64,000 bases of DNA from NCBI RefSeq assembly GCF_052425735.1, contig NC_135764.1:12090001-12154000 (forward strand), given 5' to 3'. Positions 27,443-37,987 of this stretch are shown piece after piece. A program made the translations under genes and the position numbers. Below the pieces are notes generated by a model that did no database searches, was not told the DNA's origin, and worked only from the letters and a program-made list of their open reading frames with translations. Positions within the stretch are counted from its first letter, which is position 1; each line of letters opens with the position of its first letter. Source of the stretch: Oculina patagonica (lineage: Eukaryota).

Positions 27443-28360
27443 TAGGCAGGCAGGCAGGCAGGTAGGTAGGTAGTCAGTCAGTTAATTAGTTAGGTAGGTA
27501 GGCAGGTAGGTAGGAATGGAGGAAGGTAGGAAAGGCAGAAAGGCGACAGGTTGGTAGGTAGGTAGGTAGGTAGGTAGGTAGGTAGGTAAGTTGGCAAGTA
27601 GGTAGGCAGGTTGGCAGGTATGTAGGTAGGTAGGTAGGTAAGTGCTAAGAAGGCAGGCAAGCTGGCAGGTAGGTAAGTAAGTAGTAAGGTAGGTAGGCAA
27701 GTAAGCAGGCAGGTTGGTGGGCAGGTAGGTAGATAGGTTGGNNNNNNNNNNNNNNNNNNNNNNNNNNNNNNNNNNNNNNNNNNNNNNNNNNNNNNNNNNN
27801 NNNNNNNNNNNNNNNNNNNNNNNNNNNNNNNNNNNNNNNNNNNNNNNNNNNNNNNNNNNNNNNNNNNNNNNNNNNNNNNNNNNNNNNNNNNNNNNNNNNN
27901 NNNNNNNNNNNNNNNNNNNNNNNNNNNNNNNNNNNNNNNNNNNNNNNNNNNNNNNNNNNNNNNNNNNNNNNNNNNNNNNNNNNNNNNGCAGGTAGGCAGG
28001 CAGGTAGGTAGGTAGGCCGGTAGGTAGAAAGGCAGGTAGGTAAGTAGGCAGGCAGGCAGGCAGGCAAGTAGGTAGGTANNNNNNNNNNNNNNNNNNNNNN
28101 NNNNNNNNNNNNNNNNNNNNNNNNNNNNNNNNNNNNNNNNNNNNNNNNNNNNNNNNNNNNNNNNNNNNNNNNNNNNNNNNNNNNNNNNNNNNNNNNNNNN
28201 NNNNNNNNNNNNNNNNNNNNNNNNNNNNNNNNNNNNNNNNNNNNNNNNNNNNNNNNNNNNNNNNNNNNNNNNNNNNNNNNNNNNNNNNNGGAAGGAAGGT
28301 AGACATGCACTGCACTCAGGCAGGCTGACAGGCTGGCAGGCAAGGGTGGGCAGGTGGCCT
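25590..28360. repeat. Compound (AGGT/AGGC/GAAA)n microsatellite tract in intron 1, with assembly gaps
   Basis: Direct reading. N runs at 26504-26705, 27742-27987 and 28079-28289. Confidence 0.95.
26791..27210 (-). mobile_element. 5'-truncated CR1/L2-type LINE fragment
   Basis: Minus strand 27068-27208 translates VNTTRYGLKSWRYAAAKHWNMLPRDIRSMAGSKDFLKKIRQTDFNV*, typical of an ORF2 C-terminus. It is followed by a 3'UTR, AATAAA and a (GTAT)n tail. The uninterrupted homologous site is seen at ~25826-25850. Confidence 0.8.
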
Positions 28361-29189
28361 TTCTACTACCTTTATAGGTAAGTTGAACAATACGTTTATT
28401 GAGTCATTGTATTTCCACTCAAGGTTCCAATAAAAGACTTTTGCTCTGCCAATTTGAAGTTTAGAGTTTTTAATTAACAAAAGTAAATAGAATTACCTAA
28501 AATACCGTGACCCTTTAGTTGGTTAGTACACATACACCCTTCTCTCCCCCCCCCCCCCCCCACTTCCAGTCTGTCATCTCCAAGTAAAGAGTACGTTGGT
28601 TTTTTATGCCAGTGCTAGCTCACTAAAAATCTGATTGAATTAGCATTCGTCTGCTTGACTGTCTGAATTTTTTTTATTTTGTTTTGTGACAAGTTTGGGA
28701 TTAAAATAACGGCATCACAAAGAGATGTACGATTAAATAAAGTTGACTTGCAGAAAAAGGGAATATACAAGATATTCATTTGATACTCACTCATTTTCTG
28801 GAAGGATCACTCTTCTGCTATCACATACAGATCATCTGGAAGAGAACGGTGGTACCGAATATTTATTTCACTACAAACCAGAACAGCATTTCGCAAATTT
28901 GCGAAACACTGTGGCTAAATTACAGCCAGCCAGTTAAGTTTCTCATAAAACGCCAAATTAAATGACTAGAATTTTTGAGAAATTCGAAGAAACTATGCCA
29001 TCTTCATAAGATGAACTATGTGATTTTGAAGGGCTCTAGCTATAGATCTCAAATCGGCTTGTTTAATCATTTCAAAAGAATTGAGAGCAAACTGTTTGCA
29101 TGCAGGCTAACCGGAGCGTTTAAACCGAAGTACAGGCTAAAGGGACGTTTGGAACTTGGGATTTTCTGACTGCCGATCACTTTATGGTC

Positions 29190-29197
29190 TATATATA
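29190..29197 (-). promoter_or_regulatory. Putative TATA box ~400 bp upstream of the ATG exon
   Basis: TATATATA in a block conserved between the diverged 5' regions (also 62629-62636), next to a CRE-like cgtcacgt. Confidence 0.35.
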
Positions 29198-29261
29198 GTC
29201 TATTTAAAACCTCGATGAGCCGTCACGTTGCCGGTACGTCCTAGAAACACTTCGTAAAAAG

Positions 29262-30619
29262 GGCATATACTAAAACCCGAAACAACGAAACGAAACCACC
29301 GAAAACGCCGAAACAATCAAAACTTTAAGATTTCCGCCACTTGCAATACTATACACCCCGTTTAACCTACTTTTTAAAATTATCAAACCTCGGATATTGC
29401 ATTTCTAGCTTTCTGATTGGTTCACTGAATCCCGGTTATCAGCTCTTATACCTATGTTTGACCTTATATGGGAAATGAGTGTGGCAAGTGCCGCTCAGCG
29501 TAAAATGTTTCTGCGGGAAGCGACAGTTCCATCAGAAAAATGGTTGAAAACAGCAAATTTGGCAAACTTTATGAAGAAGAAATAATCAGCGGTGCCTACA
29601 AAAACCACAGAAATGCCATACTAAAATCAACTACGCAAAACAAAAGGATTGATGCGAAAAGTTTAATTAATAATGCTTGTAAACGCACAACAAGAGCGAG
29701 TGAATAAAGTAATAAAGCAGCAAATAATTTACGAAAGAACGGAAAACTGACACAGTTTCATTCATTGTACATCATAAAATTAAGCTCAGTGCTTCTGTAA
29801 AGTTTGTTACCTTTTAATCATGGTCTTGTTCTTTTATACTTAAATAAACCTGTTCCACTTTGAGCTTAATTTCGCTTCAAATAATATAGCAGTCCTGACA
29901 GCCGTGGAGCCGTATAAAACAAGTACAATGTAAACACTTGCTTCGTTCGACTTGCACAAGACGTGTAGTTTCCAGAAAATCTTTTGCTTCGGATCATCCC
30001 GTAAATCTTAACTATTGTCACAATTTCCAGGATATATAGACGACTTTAGAGGAGATTATTGAATGAAAATCCTGGGAAGAAAACTCTCTTGCTCGCTTTT
30101 CTCGTGTGTTTCATTCAACTCAAGAAGTGAACACCACGCCACAAATTTCCCCGCCTCCTTGTACTATCATTTCGTTTTCATCAAACTGAAATGTCCAGTC
30201 GATTTAAACTTAAAGAAGAATTTAATAAAACAATTATTCTATTCGCCCTTGTTGGATACGAGTCGTTATAGCCAACTCGGCGCTTCGCGCCTTGTTGGCC
30301 ATTTACCACCTCGTATCCAAAGCGGGCTAATAGAATAATTGTTAAAAATACACTCCGATTAGCCTACTATAAACCCCGGTTAGCCTACTATACACTCCGG
30401 TTAGCCTACTACACAATCCGGTTAGCCTACGTTTCACTTAGGTTAGCCTACTATGCACTCCGGTTGGCCTGTTTACGGTTATCTCTCAATCATTGTAATG
30501 GGTTTTACTCGTTTCGGTGATTTCGTCTCGTTTCGCTCGTTTCGGCCGTTTCGGTGGTTTCGTTTCGGTCGTTTCGTTTCGGTGGTTTCGTTTTGTTGTT
30601 TCGGGTTTTAGTACATGCC
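29262..30619. mobile_element. 1.36-kb non-autonomous DNA transposon with 9-bp TSD, unit 1 only
   Basis: TIR ggcat(a/g)tactaaaacccgaaacaac; TSD cgtaaaaag at 29253-29261/30620-30628; empty site at ~62693-62703. Contains a nested hairpin-ended repeat and a 21-bp minisatellite (30350-30475). Confidence 0.85.
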
Positions 30620-31142
30620 CGTAAAAAGTAATAAGAAAGGCCGTGAAAAGCAGAAAATATGTTAAAACAGAAAAGTTTCGGGTTACAGCTTTGAGTAAGG
30701 AATTCAACTATGTAAATATATGCAAGGCATCAATTCTCATCCTTTACTAGCTGGAGAGTCTGTCGGTGTATCTTTTGCTGTAACATTCTGTGAAATGGCG
30801 TCTCTCAATAAAACCTTTTGTACCGAACGGAATTTAGGAGACCAGAATAAGCGATCGAGGAACGCAACTTATAATTTGTTTAAAAATATGATTTTTTTAG
30901 CCGTTAATTGTCTAGCAAAAGTTCAGCTGTTGCATCTCAAGAGCTTCTCGAAGCCTTGGAGGGCCTAACGCTTTCGAAAATCTAAAACTTTGAAGTGTTC
31001 ACGACACTTCAAGTTTCGTCCTTGTAACAGGATGGAATTTAGGAGAGCAGAATAAGCGATCGAGACCGCAAGTTATTTGTTCAAAAATGTGATTTTTAGC
31101 CATTGATTGTTGTGCAAAACTTTAGCTGTTGCACATCAAAAG

Positions 31143-31157
31143 CTTCTGGAATCTTCG
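31143..31157. promoter_or_regulatory. Candidate heat-shock element (nTTCnnGAAnnTTCn)
   Basis: cTTCtgGAAtcTTCg. The paralog at 63214-63228 is cTTCtgGAAgcTTCg. Further perfect HSEs (aGAAttTTCgaGAAt) at 343-357 and 32267-32281. Confidence 0.45.
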
Positions 31158-31469
31158 GAAGGCCCAACGCTTTCGAAAATCGAAAATTTGTGTGTTCACG
31201 ACAGCTTTTTGGTGCAAAACAGTATCGCAATGAGAGCTTGTGTTTACATAAGAGTGGAACCTTAACTCAGTCTACACCTTCGAGATAATTTTCGCGAGTT
31301 TGATTCCTCTTAAGAAACAACCGTGGCAGTGTGCGTAAGTGCGTTCCGTCTATCTTTCACTTCATTAGCATTGTTTCTCGTTTACCTTACTGTACTTTCC
31401 ATGAAATCCATCCTTTCTTCATTAGTAAAACTACTAAAACTGAATCAAATCCAAGACGCTGGAAGCCTT

Positions 31470-31560
31470 TTCCGAGAAATCCCGTCCTAAACTCGTTGTC
31501 ACGTGATCTATTAACGTTTCCCGGAAAGCAATCATTTTATTCCGTGTCACGACGGTCACG
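31470..31560. promoter_or_regulatory. Candidate STAT/GAS - E-box - GAS cluster
   Basis: TTCCGAGAA 31470-31478, CACGTG 31500-31505, TTCCCGGAA 31518-31526. Same arrangement at 986-1041, 32910-32965 and 63541-63597. Confidence 0.45.
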
Positions 31561-31755
31561 CAAGAGTCACGCCACTAAGCAACCAGCCTCAACAATACTA
31601 CACGAAGCGAAAATGATAGAGGGTCTGTAGAAATTAAACCATTTTAATTGTATAAATAAAACGTAAAACATCTGATGTTTTCACTGGCAATATTCGCAGA
31701 CAATAGTGTTTGTATGACAGTTAACTACAGTTGAGCATGCTGGTCGATGATACCC

Positions 31756-32120
31756 TTAATGCCAAGTAAAACAAAAACAAATGTTTTTCGTCCGGGTTTC
31801 CATTAGAAAGAGAGCGGGCGGGTGCTTTTTTTGTTATTTGTTATTTCCTTCATCGTCAAATTCTTCGGAAGCGAACTTGCAAAATAAATCCTGACCTCTC
31901 CAGTACGGACCTATCGTTTTAAAATTTTGACCTGAGTTCGTGTTAAAACGCAGACAAAAGCCATGTCTTACAGACTTTTCTTTCTACTTAATTGGGGTGT
32001 AATGCCTGTTGGATTTTGTTCTTTCCCACTTCTCCAATAACAAATATTAAAAATAGAGAAGGGCCCCAAAAAATTAAGCGGATGGGGACGAGAAACATTT
32101 TTTTTTTGTATTTGGCCTAA
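31756..32120. mobile_element. MITE with imperfect ~35-bp TIRs (right half repeated at 1-196)
   Basis: ttaatgccaagtaaaacaaaaacaaatgtttttcgtcc vs reverse complement of ggacgagaaacatttttttttttgtatttggcctaa. Confidence 0.6.
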
Positions 32121-35100
32121 TCGATCACCATGTGAACGGGATTCAACTATGTATATACAAAGGCATAAATTCTCATCCTATACTAGCTTAGCCAGTGTCT
32201 ATCTTTTGCTGTAACATTCTGTGAAATGGCGTCTGCCGCTTATGACTTTTAATTTTGTAACAGGACAGAATTTTCGAGAATAAGCGATCGAGAACGCTTC
32301 TTATATTTCTTCAAAAATATGTTTTTAAGCCGTTAATTGTTGTGCAAAAGTTCGGCTGTTGCATCTCAAAAGCTTCTCGAAGCTTTGGAGGGCCTAACGC
32401 TTTCGAAAACCTACAAATTTGAAGTGTTCACGACACTTCAAATTTCGTCCTTGTACCAGGTTGGAATTTAGGAGAGCAGAATATTAAGCGATCGGACCGC
32501 AACTTATTTGTTTAAAAATATGATTTTTTAGCCATTGTTTGTTGTGCCAAACTTTAGCAGTTTCATCTCTTCGGAGGCTTCGGACGGCCTAACGCTTTCG
32601 AAAATCGAAAGTCGCGTGTTCACGACAGCTTTTTGGTGTAAAACAGTATTGCAATGAGAGCTTGTGTTTACAGAAGAGTGCAACCTTAACTTCTACACCT
32701 TCGAGATAATTTTCACGAGTTTGATCTTTCTTACATAAAAACAATTGTGACAGTGTGCGTTAGTGCGTACCGTCTAATTCACTTCATTAAATTGTTACTC
32801 AATTACCTTACTGTATTTTCCATGAAATTCATCCTTTCTTCATCAGTAAAACTACTTAAACTGAACGAAATCCAAGCTGAAAATGATTTCTCAGTACTCC
32901 GGAAGCCTTTTCCTAGAAATCCTGTCTTCTCGCGTTGTCACGTGATCTAAAAGCGTTTCCCGGAAAGCAATCATTTTACTTCCGTGTCACGACTGGTCAC
33001 GCCACTGGGAAACCAGCCTCAACAATACTTCACGAAGGGCAAAGCGAACGAGGATTTGTACGAAACCATTTAAATTGCATAAATAAAACGTGATCCATAA
33101 TTATTGCATAAATAAAACGTGATCCATTATTATTATGTTTTCACTGGCAATATTCACAGATAAGAGTGTTTGTATGACAGTCGAGTATGTTACAATAATC
33201 GATCACCATGTAGTCAAATTTCTACACACGTTTGTCATGACCAAAAATGATGATATCAGTACCTCATAGACCACTGGTCTACAACATTTTTCTTCCGATC
33301 CAAGACTTCCATATCTGCTCGCGGTGGTCTGCACGCAAGACAAAAATGCGAAAATTGAGACACTTGTCACGCTTGTTATTGAGCCGAGTTTGTATAGCGG
33401 AAGAAAGCGCTTTATTTCTAGGAATTCTTTTGCAATTTCTGAGAAAACGACTAGCTTGAAAAACAAAACAATCATCATAACAATGATAATGTAACTCTTA
33501 TTCGGCGGAAATTAACATATGGATACAAGAAATAGAAATACCGTATTTTTTTTATTAAACGCCGGCTTCGTTTAACGCCGGGTCAAAATTGCTAATTTTT
33601 AAATAAACGCTGGAGCGTTTATTCGAGGTCCCGGCGTTTATTTGAGGTCAAGCTAACAAGGAAATATATTCTCTTAAATGGCACTGTTATGTTATACTAC
33701 ACTGCAGTACGGTATGCTGCTTTGGAAATTTTAATAAACCTTCAAAGGAAAAGTCCAGCGTAACACAGCTAGGATGGACGCTGTAAAACAAAAATAAAAC
33801 TTAGCAGTGTTTGCCCTCCTGTCTTCATGACTGACGTATTTGAGAACTAATCTCACAGTCGTTGAAATCGCGAGGACCCCTCCAGCGTTGTTTACAGGTT
33901 GGAGGAGGTCCTTTTAAAACGAGGAGGACGACATTGCCGTTAATGAACTTAAACTTTCTACCCATAACCTTTACTTGCACGCTCCTTTATTGTTCATATA
34001 CCGTTTGATTGCAACATTAACGTGTTCAATTCGCAATAATGTAACTTTGGGTAATTATCATTTTTTGGGATCACTCATCGTTTCTGGGAATCGTATGGCT
34101 TTAGACTCGATAGAAAACCACTAAACACGACATGTGTCCAAAAATTAACCCCCCCCCGGGGGGGAGGGGGGTACTCGAAAAAGTTTTGTACGGGGAGGCT
34201 CCGCCCGGAGATCCAACCCCTTAGCCTTTTATTTACCATTTTGATAGAAAAGGTACCCCTTTTGTATACCTTTTATTGCAAAAAGGTACCCCTTTCATAT
34301 ACCTACACGACATCACACTTACCTAAAACGGGAAGTTTTCTTGTCATTTGTATGTAGCGTTTAATAAATTAAGACGATACAGCCAAAAGTTGCGTCTGCT
34401 CGAAATATTTATTGTAAAGGCCTTTTAAATACCATTATGGCAGATTTCCCTACCCTTTCATATACCTAAATTCGTGAAATCCCTACCCTTTTATATACCC
34501 GGAGCCTGAAAAAGGTACCCCTTTCGGGCGGAGCCTCCCCGTATAGGCCATTATAGGGAGTACCCCCCCCCCCCTTCCCGGGAAATAAACGAGTCTCATT
34601 GTTTTGGAAAAACGTGTCTCGTTTTTGAAACGAGACACGTTTCAAAAACGAGACACGAAACGAACACAGCACGAACGAGTCTCGTTTACAAAACGAGTCA
34701 CAAACTACTGATTTCTTTTTATAGACGGGAGAGGGGAGGGGAGGGGGGGTTATAGGGGTGAAGAAAATATTCCTTATTCCAAAAATTTGGGGAAGGCAGT
34801 TGGGACAAATGAATTTCAGAGCACCCTCCTCCCGTATTTCTTACAGCGCTTCCCGCCTTTTTCTCCCGCATTCCGTTCCCATTACCGTCCGTAGTAGCCT
34901 GAGTATCAGGCTTTTCTAAAGGGGAAGTGAGAAAGAGTAGAAGCGCGAAAGGATCTTCCCTTCCCTACCCTCCCCCTCCTTTCCTTAGGAAGGCCTGATA
35001 CTCAGGTTACTTCCGTAGGGATTCCTTCCCCTTTTCTCATATCTATTTTACCTGCCCTTCCCCTATACCTAGTATTTTGCTTTTTTCATTTAATTGGCTT

Positions 35101-35717
35101 TGGATGGAAAGTATAGTAGCAGTTGTTCTTGCACTTATACGCGCGCTTGGTCGCGCAGAAGAATTGGTCATTAGATCATCATTTCAAAAATCTCAATTTT
35201 TAATCCTTTAATAAATAACAATAGTAGCTTGTATCAGGCTAATGATATTTTATCTATTAACAATTTTCGTTATTTAGTGGAATAATTTCAAAGCTTAACA
35301 ATGATGTGGCATCTAATAGGGTGTATTTATTTCACATTTTCAGTAGAACCAATCCAATGCAAGAGCAACAACGAAATGTGTACTATTTTTTGAAGATCAG
35401 TAATGTAATTATCAGATTATTACAATCGCATAAGCAATACTACCTTGCTTATATCATATTGTTTTAAAGTTGAACCTAATTCTTCTCACTTAAATTGTTT
35501 TTAAGGTCTCACGTAAAGATTAGTAAAGTTCTCGTGCCAAATTAGACCCTATTTTAATTCGATTGTATGATGAGTTCAGCTTATGATCACTGTGAACTTA
35601 GGAGTAACAAAACATAACAGGTTCTCCACAAAAAAACAAAAAGTTTGAAAAGGCTGATATGGTATGTCAGGACCTTTTTTATGCAGCTTAGATTTAATTT
35701 AGTCAGTTTTATTAATA

Positions 35718-36080
35718 CTGTATTTATTCGATTGAGCGCCCTGGGCGCTTATTAAATTTTCACCATTTTTATCAAGTAGTACGTTTATTTTACAGCAATA
35801 CAATAAACGTGAAGATGTACCAATTAATCAAATTAAAGCAGAATTTGAAGTGTTCATTGAAAGTTTCTGGGTAAAATAACGAGGAAACTCGGTCGTTAGG
35901 TAGTATCTTATATTAGTAGTACCTAGTTAATTTCAATCTTCTCTTGTGCACTTCATTTGTTGGAAGGGGGTGGGCGCTTATTCGAGGCTGGGCGCATATT
36001 AACTTTTCCTACATTTAGGGTGGGCGCTTATTTGAGGAGGGCGCTTATTCGAGGTTGGGCGCTTAATCGAATAAATGCGG
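35718..36080. mobile_element. Tc1/mariner-pogo-type MITE with TA TSD, unit 2 only
   Basis: TIRs ctgtatttattcgattgagcgccc / gggcgcttaatcgaataaatgcgg flanked by TA; empty site at ~4025. Confidence 0.88.
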
Positions 36081-36685
36081 TACACCTTGGCAAGTGTGTG
36101 TGAGAGATGTGTGGGTAAAAAGGGCTATTAGTATACCGTATACTAAAACGGTGCACATGGATAGCGTTTTTGGCATGCGCCGATTGGCTACCCAAACTTT
36201 GAATATCCTTTGTAAGTACCGGTGTATACTAAAATAGTGGATAGCACTTTTGGCACGCATTGATTGGCCTGCCTCGTCCCCAGGCGCCGATTGGCCGGAC
36301 GTTGAGGCGGTAAGGCGGGAAAACAGGGAGCGCGGGGATTGATTATTGCTGCAAAAATAAACATACTACTTGATAAAAATGGTGAAAATTTAATAAAACT
36401 CAGTTGGCATGAGATCATAGTTTTCAACTTGCAGGCGTGAGACTCATGCCTAAGGCGTGGGAGTTGGCAGGTATACTTTCGGGCTATATTTTTCATGGCT
36501 CGGTAAATATCCACCACTTGCCACCTCCACTTTGGTGAATAGTTGTTAATTTTTATTCAGCAAATGCATGCACTATCAATATGTGGTCAAAATATTAACA
36601 TTATCTGTCATCCATACATAACAGATATTTACCGGTAACAATCATCCTGCGAAATCGTGCCTGCATACATCATCCACATACAGTA

Positions 36686-37987
36686 GAGGGTCCTGAAGGG
36701 GTAAAATGGGAACTGGGATTTGCCTATTTTGACTGGGATTTGCGTTTATTTTCACTGGGAAAATGGGATTTAGGTAACTGGGTTTGGGAATTGGAAACAA
36801 AAAATGGGAATGGGAAGCATGTCAGTACATGACTAAACCTGCATATTTTACGCTCTATAATATTCTTAAAGTCCGGCATAGACAGTTAAAACGCTGAAAA
36901 TTAACTCTGAAACGAAACCACTACACTGCACGAGTGTCCATCAAGCGTCGATCAATTTTCGTGTAAGTGATTAAGTTACTCAGCGGAACTGCTATGACTG
37001 AGCATGGGCACAAATGGAATATTTAAAAGAAGTGATAGTAAGTTTTGCAGGGTAGTGGTAAGTAAGGGATAAAAACTTGATAGCTTTAGTTAAAGCTACT
37101 GAAAATTTCTATCATCCTCTACAAGACAAACGAACAAATGAAAAGTGATGTTCTCAACAGTATTGGTGATAATATAACTAGCAGAACATGATTTTGGATA
37201 GTCCATTCCCTGAACTATTCCTTCTGCGACCCAGGTGCGAGACGGGGACAGTCTAGGATAACTTGGATGTGCATGCTTAAAATAAACCAATGAAAAACCA
37301 CAGAGACGTGTGGCGTTTCTTACATGCAACGTGTGCGCTAGGGTAAAAATAGTCTGCTAAAATGAAAAATTCAACTACGCAACAAATTAGCGCGACATCT
37401 ACAAGAAAAATTGTCATAACCTTTGTCTAAAGCCGTAATACTTACTTATTTACTTATCCTCATCGGGCCCATGAGGACTCTTGAGGCCTGCCAGAAAACT
37501 AATACTGCGCCATCCATCCCGGTCCGCCGTCGATGCGACAGCAGCCCCCCACGAACACCAATCCAGCCGGTTTCTTTCTGTCTCCACGGTAATGAATCTC
37601 CGTAATGAATAGGTATTAAACCCACAAGTACTAAATTTTTTGAATTTAACATTTGTGCGTGCGTTTCCAAAGGTGCTGTCGATTATGGTTTGGTTTCTTC
37701 AGCTTCCCCCCTTTTTGGGGGGAGGGGGGTGGGGCTGACAGATTTCTGAGAATGCGCATGCAGGTCAATATTTCTGGACTCGCTCAACGACGCCTGTGCC
37801 TGGGTTCACCGAAGGGAGAGTTAAGGGAGTGGACTACATTTAGGACAATCAAAACAACAAATATATTATGCTTAAGTCCGGTTTTCCATACACTGGGAAT
37901 TTTACTACTGGGAATGGGATTTGGACAAAAAATAGGCTGGGAAATGGGATTTGGTACCCCCCCCCCCCCCCCCCCTTCAGGACCCTC
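36686..37987. mobile_element. 1.3-kb non-autonomous DNA transposon, 16-bp TIR, 6-bp TSD, unit 2 only
   Basis: gagggtcctgaagggg / ccccttcaggaccctc; TSD acagta at 36680-36685/37988-37993; empty site at ~5237-5242. Confidence 0.9.

Larger units (their letters stand above)
10417..28794 (-). pseudogene. SACS: Sacsin-like gene, disrupted copy (nonsense + frameshift in the giant exon)
   Basis: Same exon set: 28791-28794, 25350-25450, 24995-25105, 24681-24828, 23482-24499, 22633-23207, 11052-22191, 10417-10695. TAT>TAA at 20240-20242 and a 1-bp deletion at 11571/11572 relative to the other copy (giant exon 11140 vs 11141 nt). The lesions could be sequencing errors. Confidence 0.8.
30700..31740. repeat. 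~1-kb upstream module, variant A (paralog at ~62775-63750)
   Basis: Diverged tandem partner of the module at 32140-33204, separated from it by a MITE. Confidence 0.85.
1..31924. repeat. ~32-kb tandem duplication unit 1
   Basis: Position 1 (ttttgacctgagttcgtg...) recurs at 31925; collinear throughout, apart from TE indels. Confidence 0.95.

Noticed and set aside
25525-28343. LPTY/PACL-rich ORFs in intron 1 (also 59250-61590)
   Set aside because: Translations of the tetranucleotide microsatellite and N gaps.
30350-30600. Short direct repeats resembling a CRISPR array
   Set aside because: A 21-bp minisatellite and GTTTC subterminal repeats of a transposon; no unique spacers, no cas genes, eukaryotic context.
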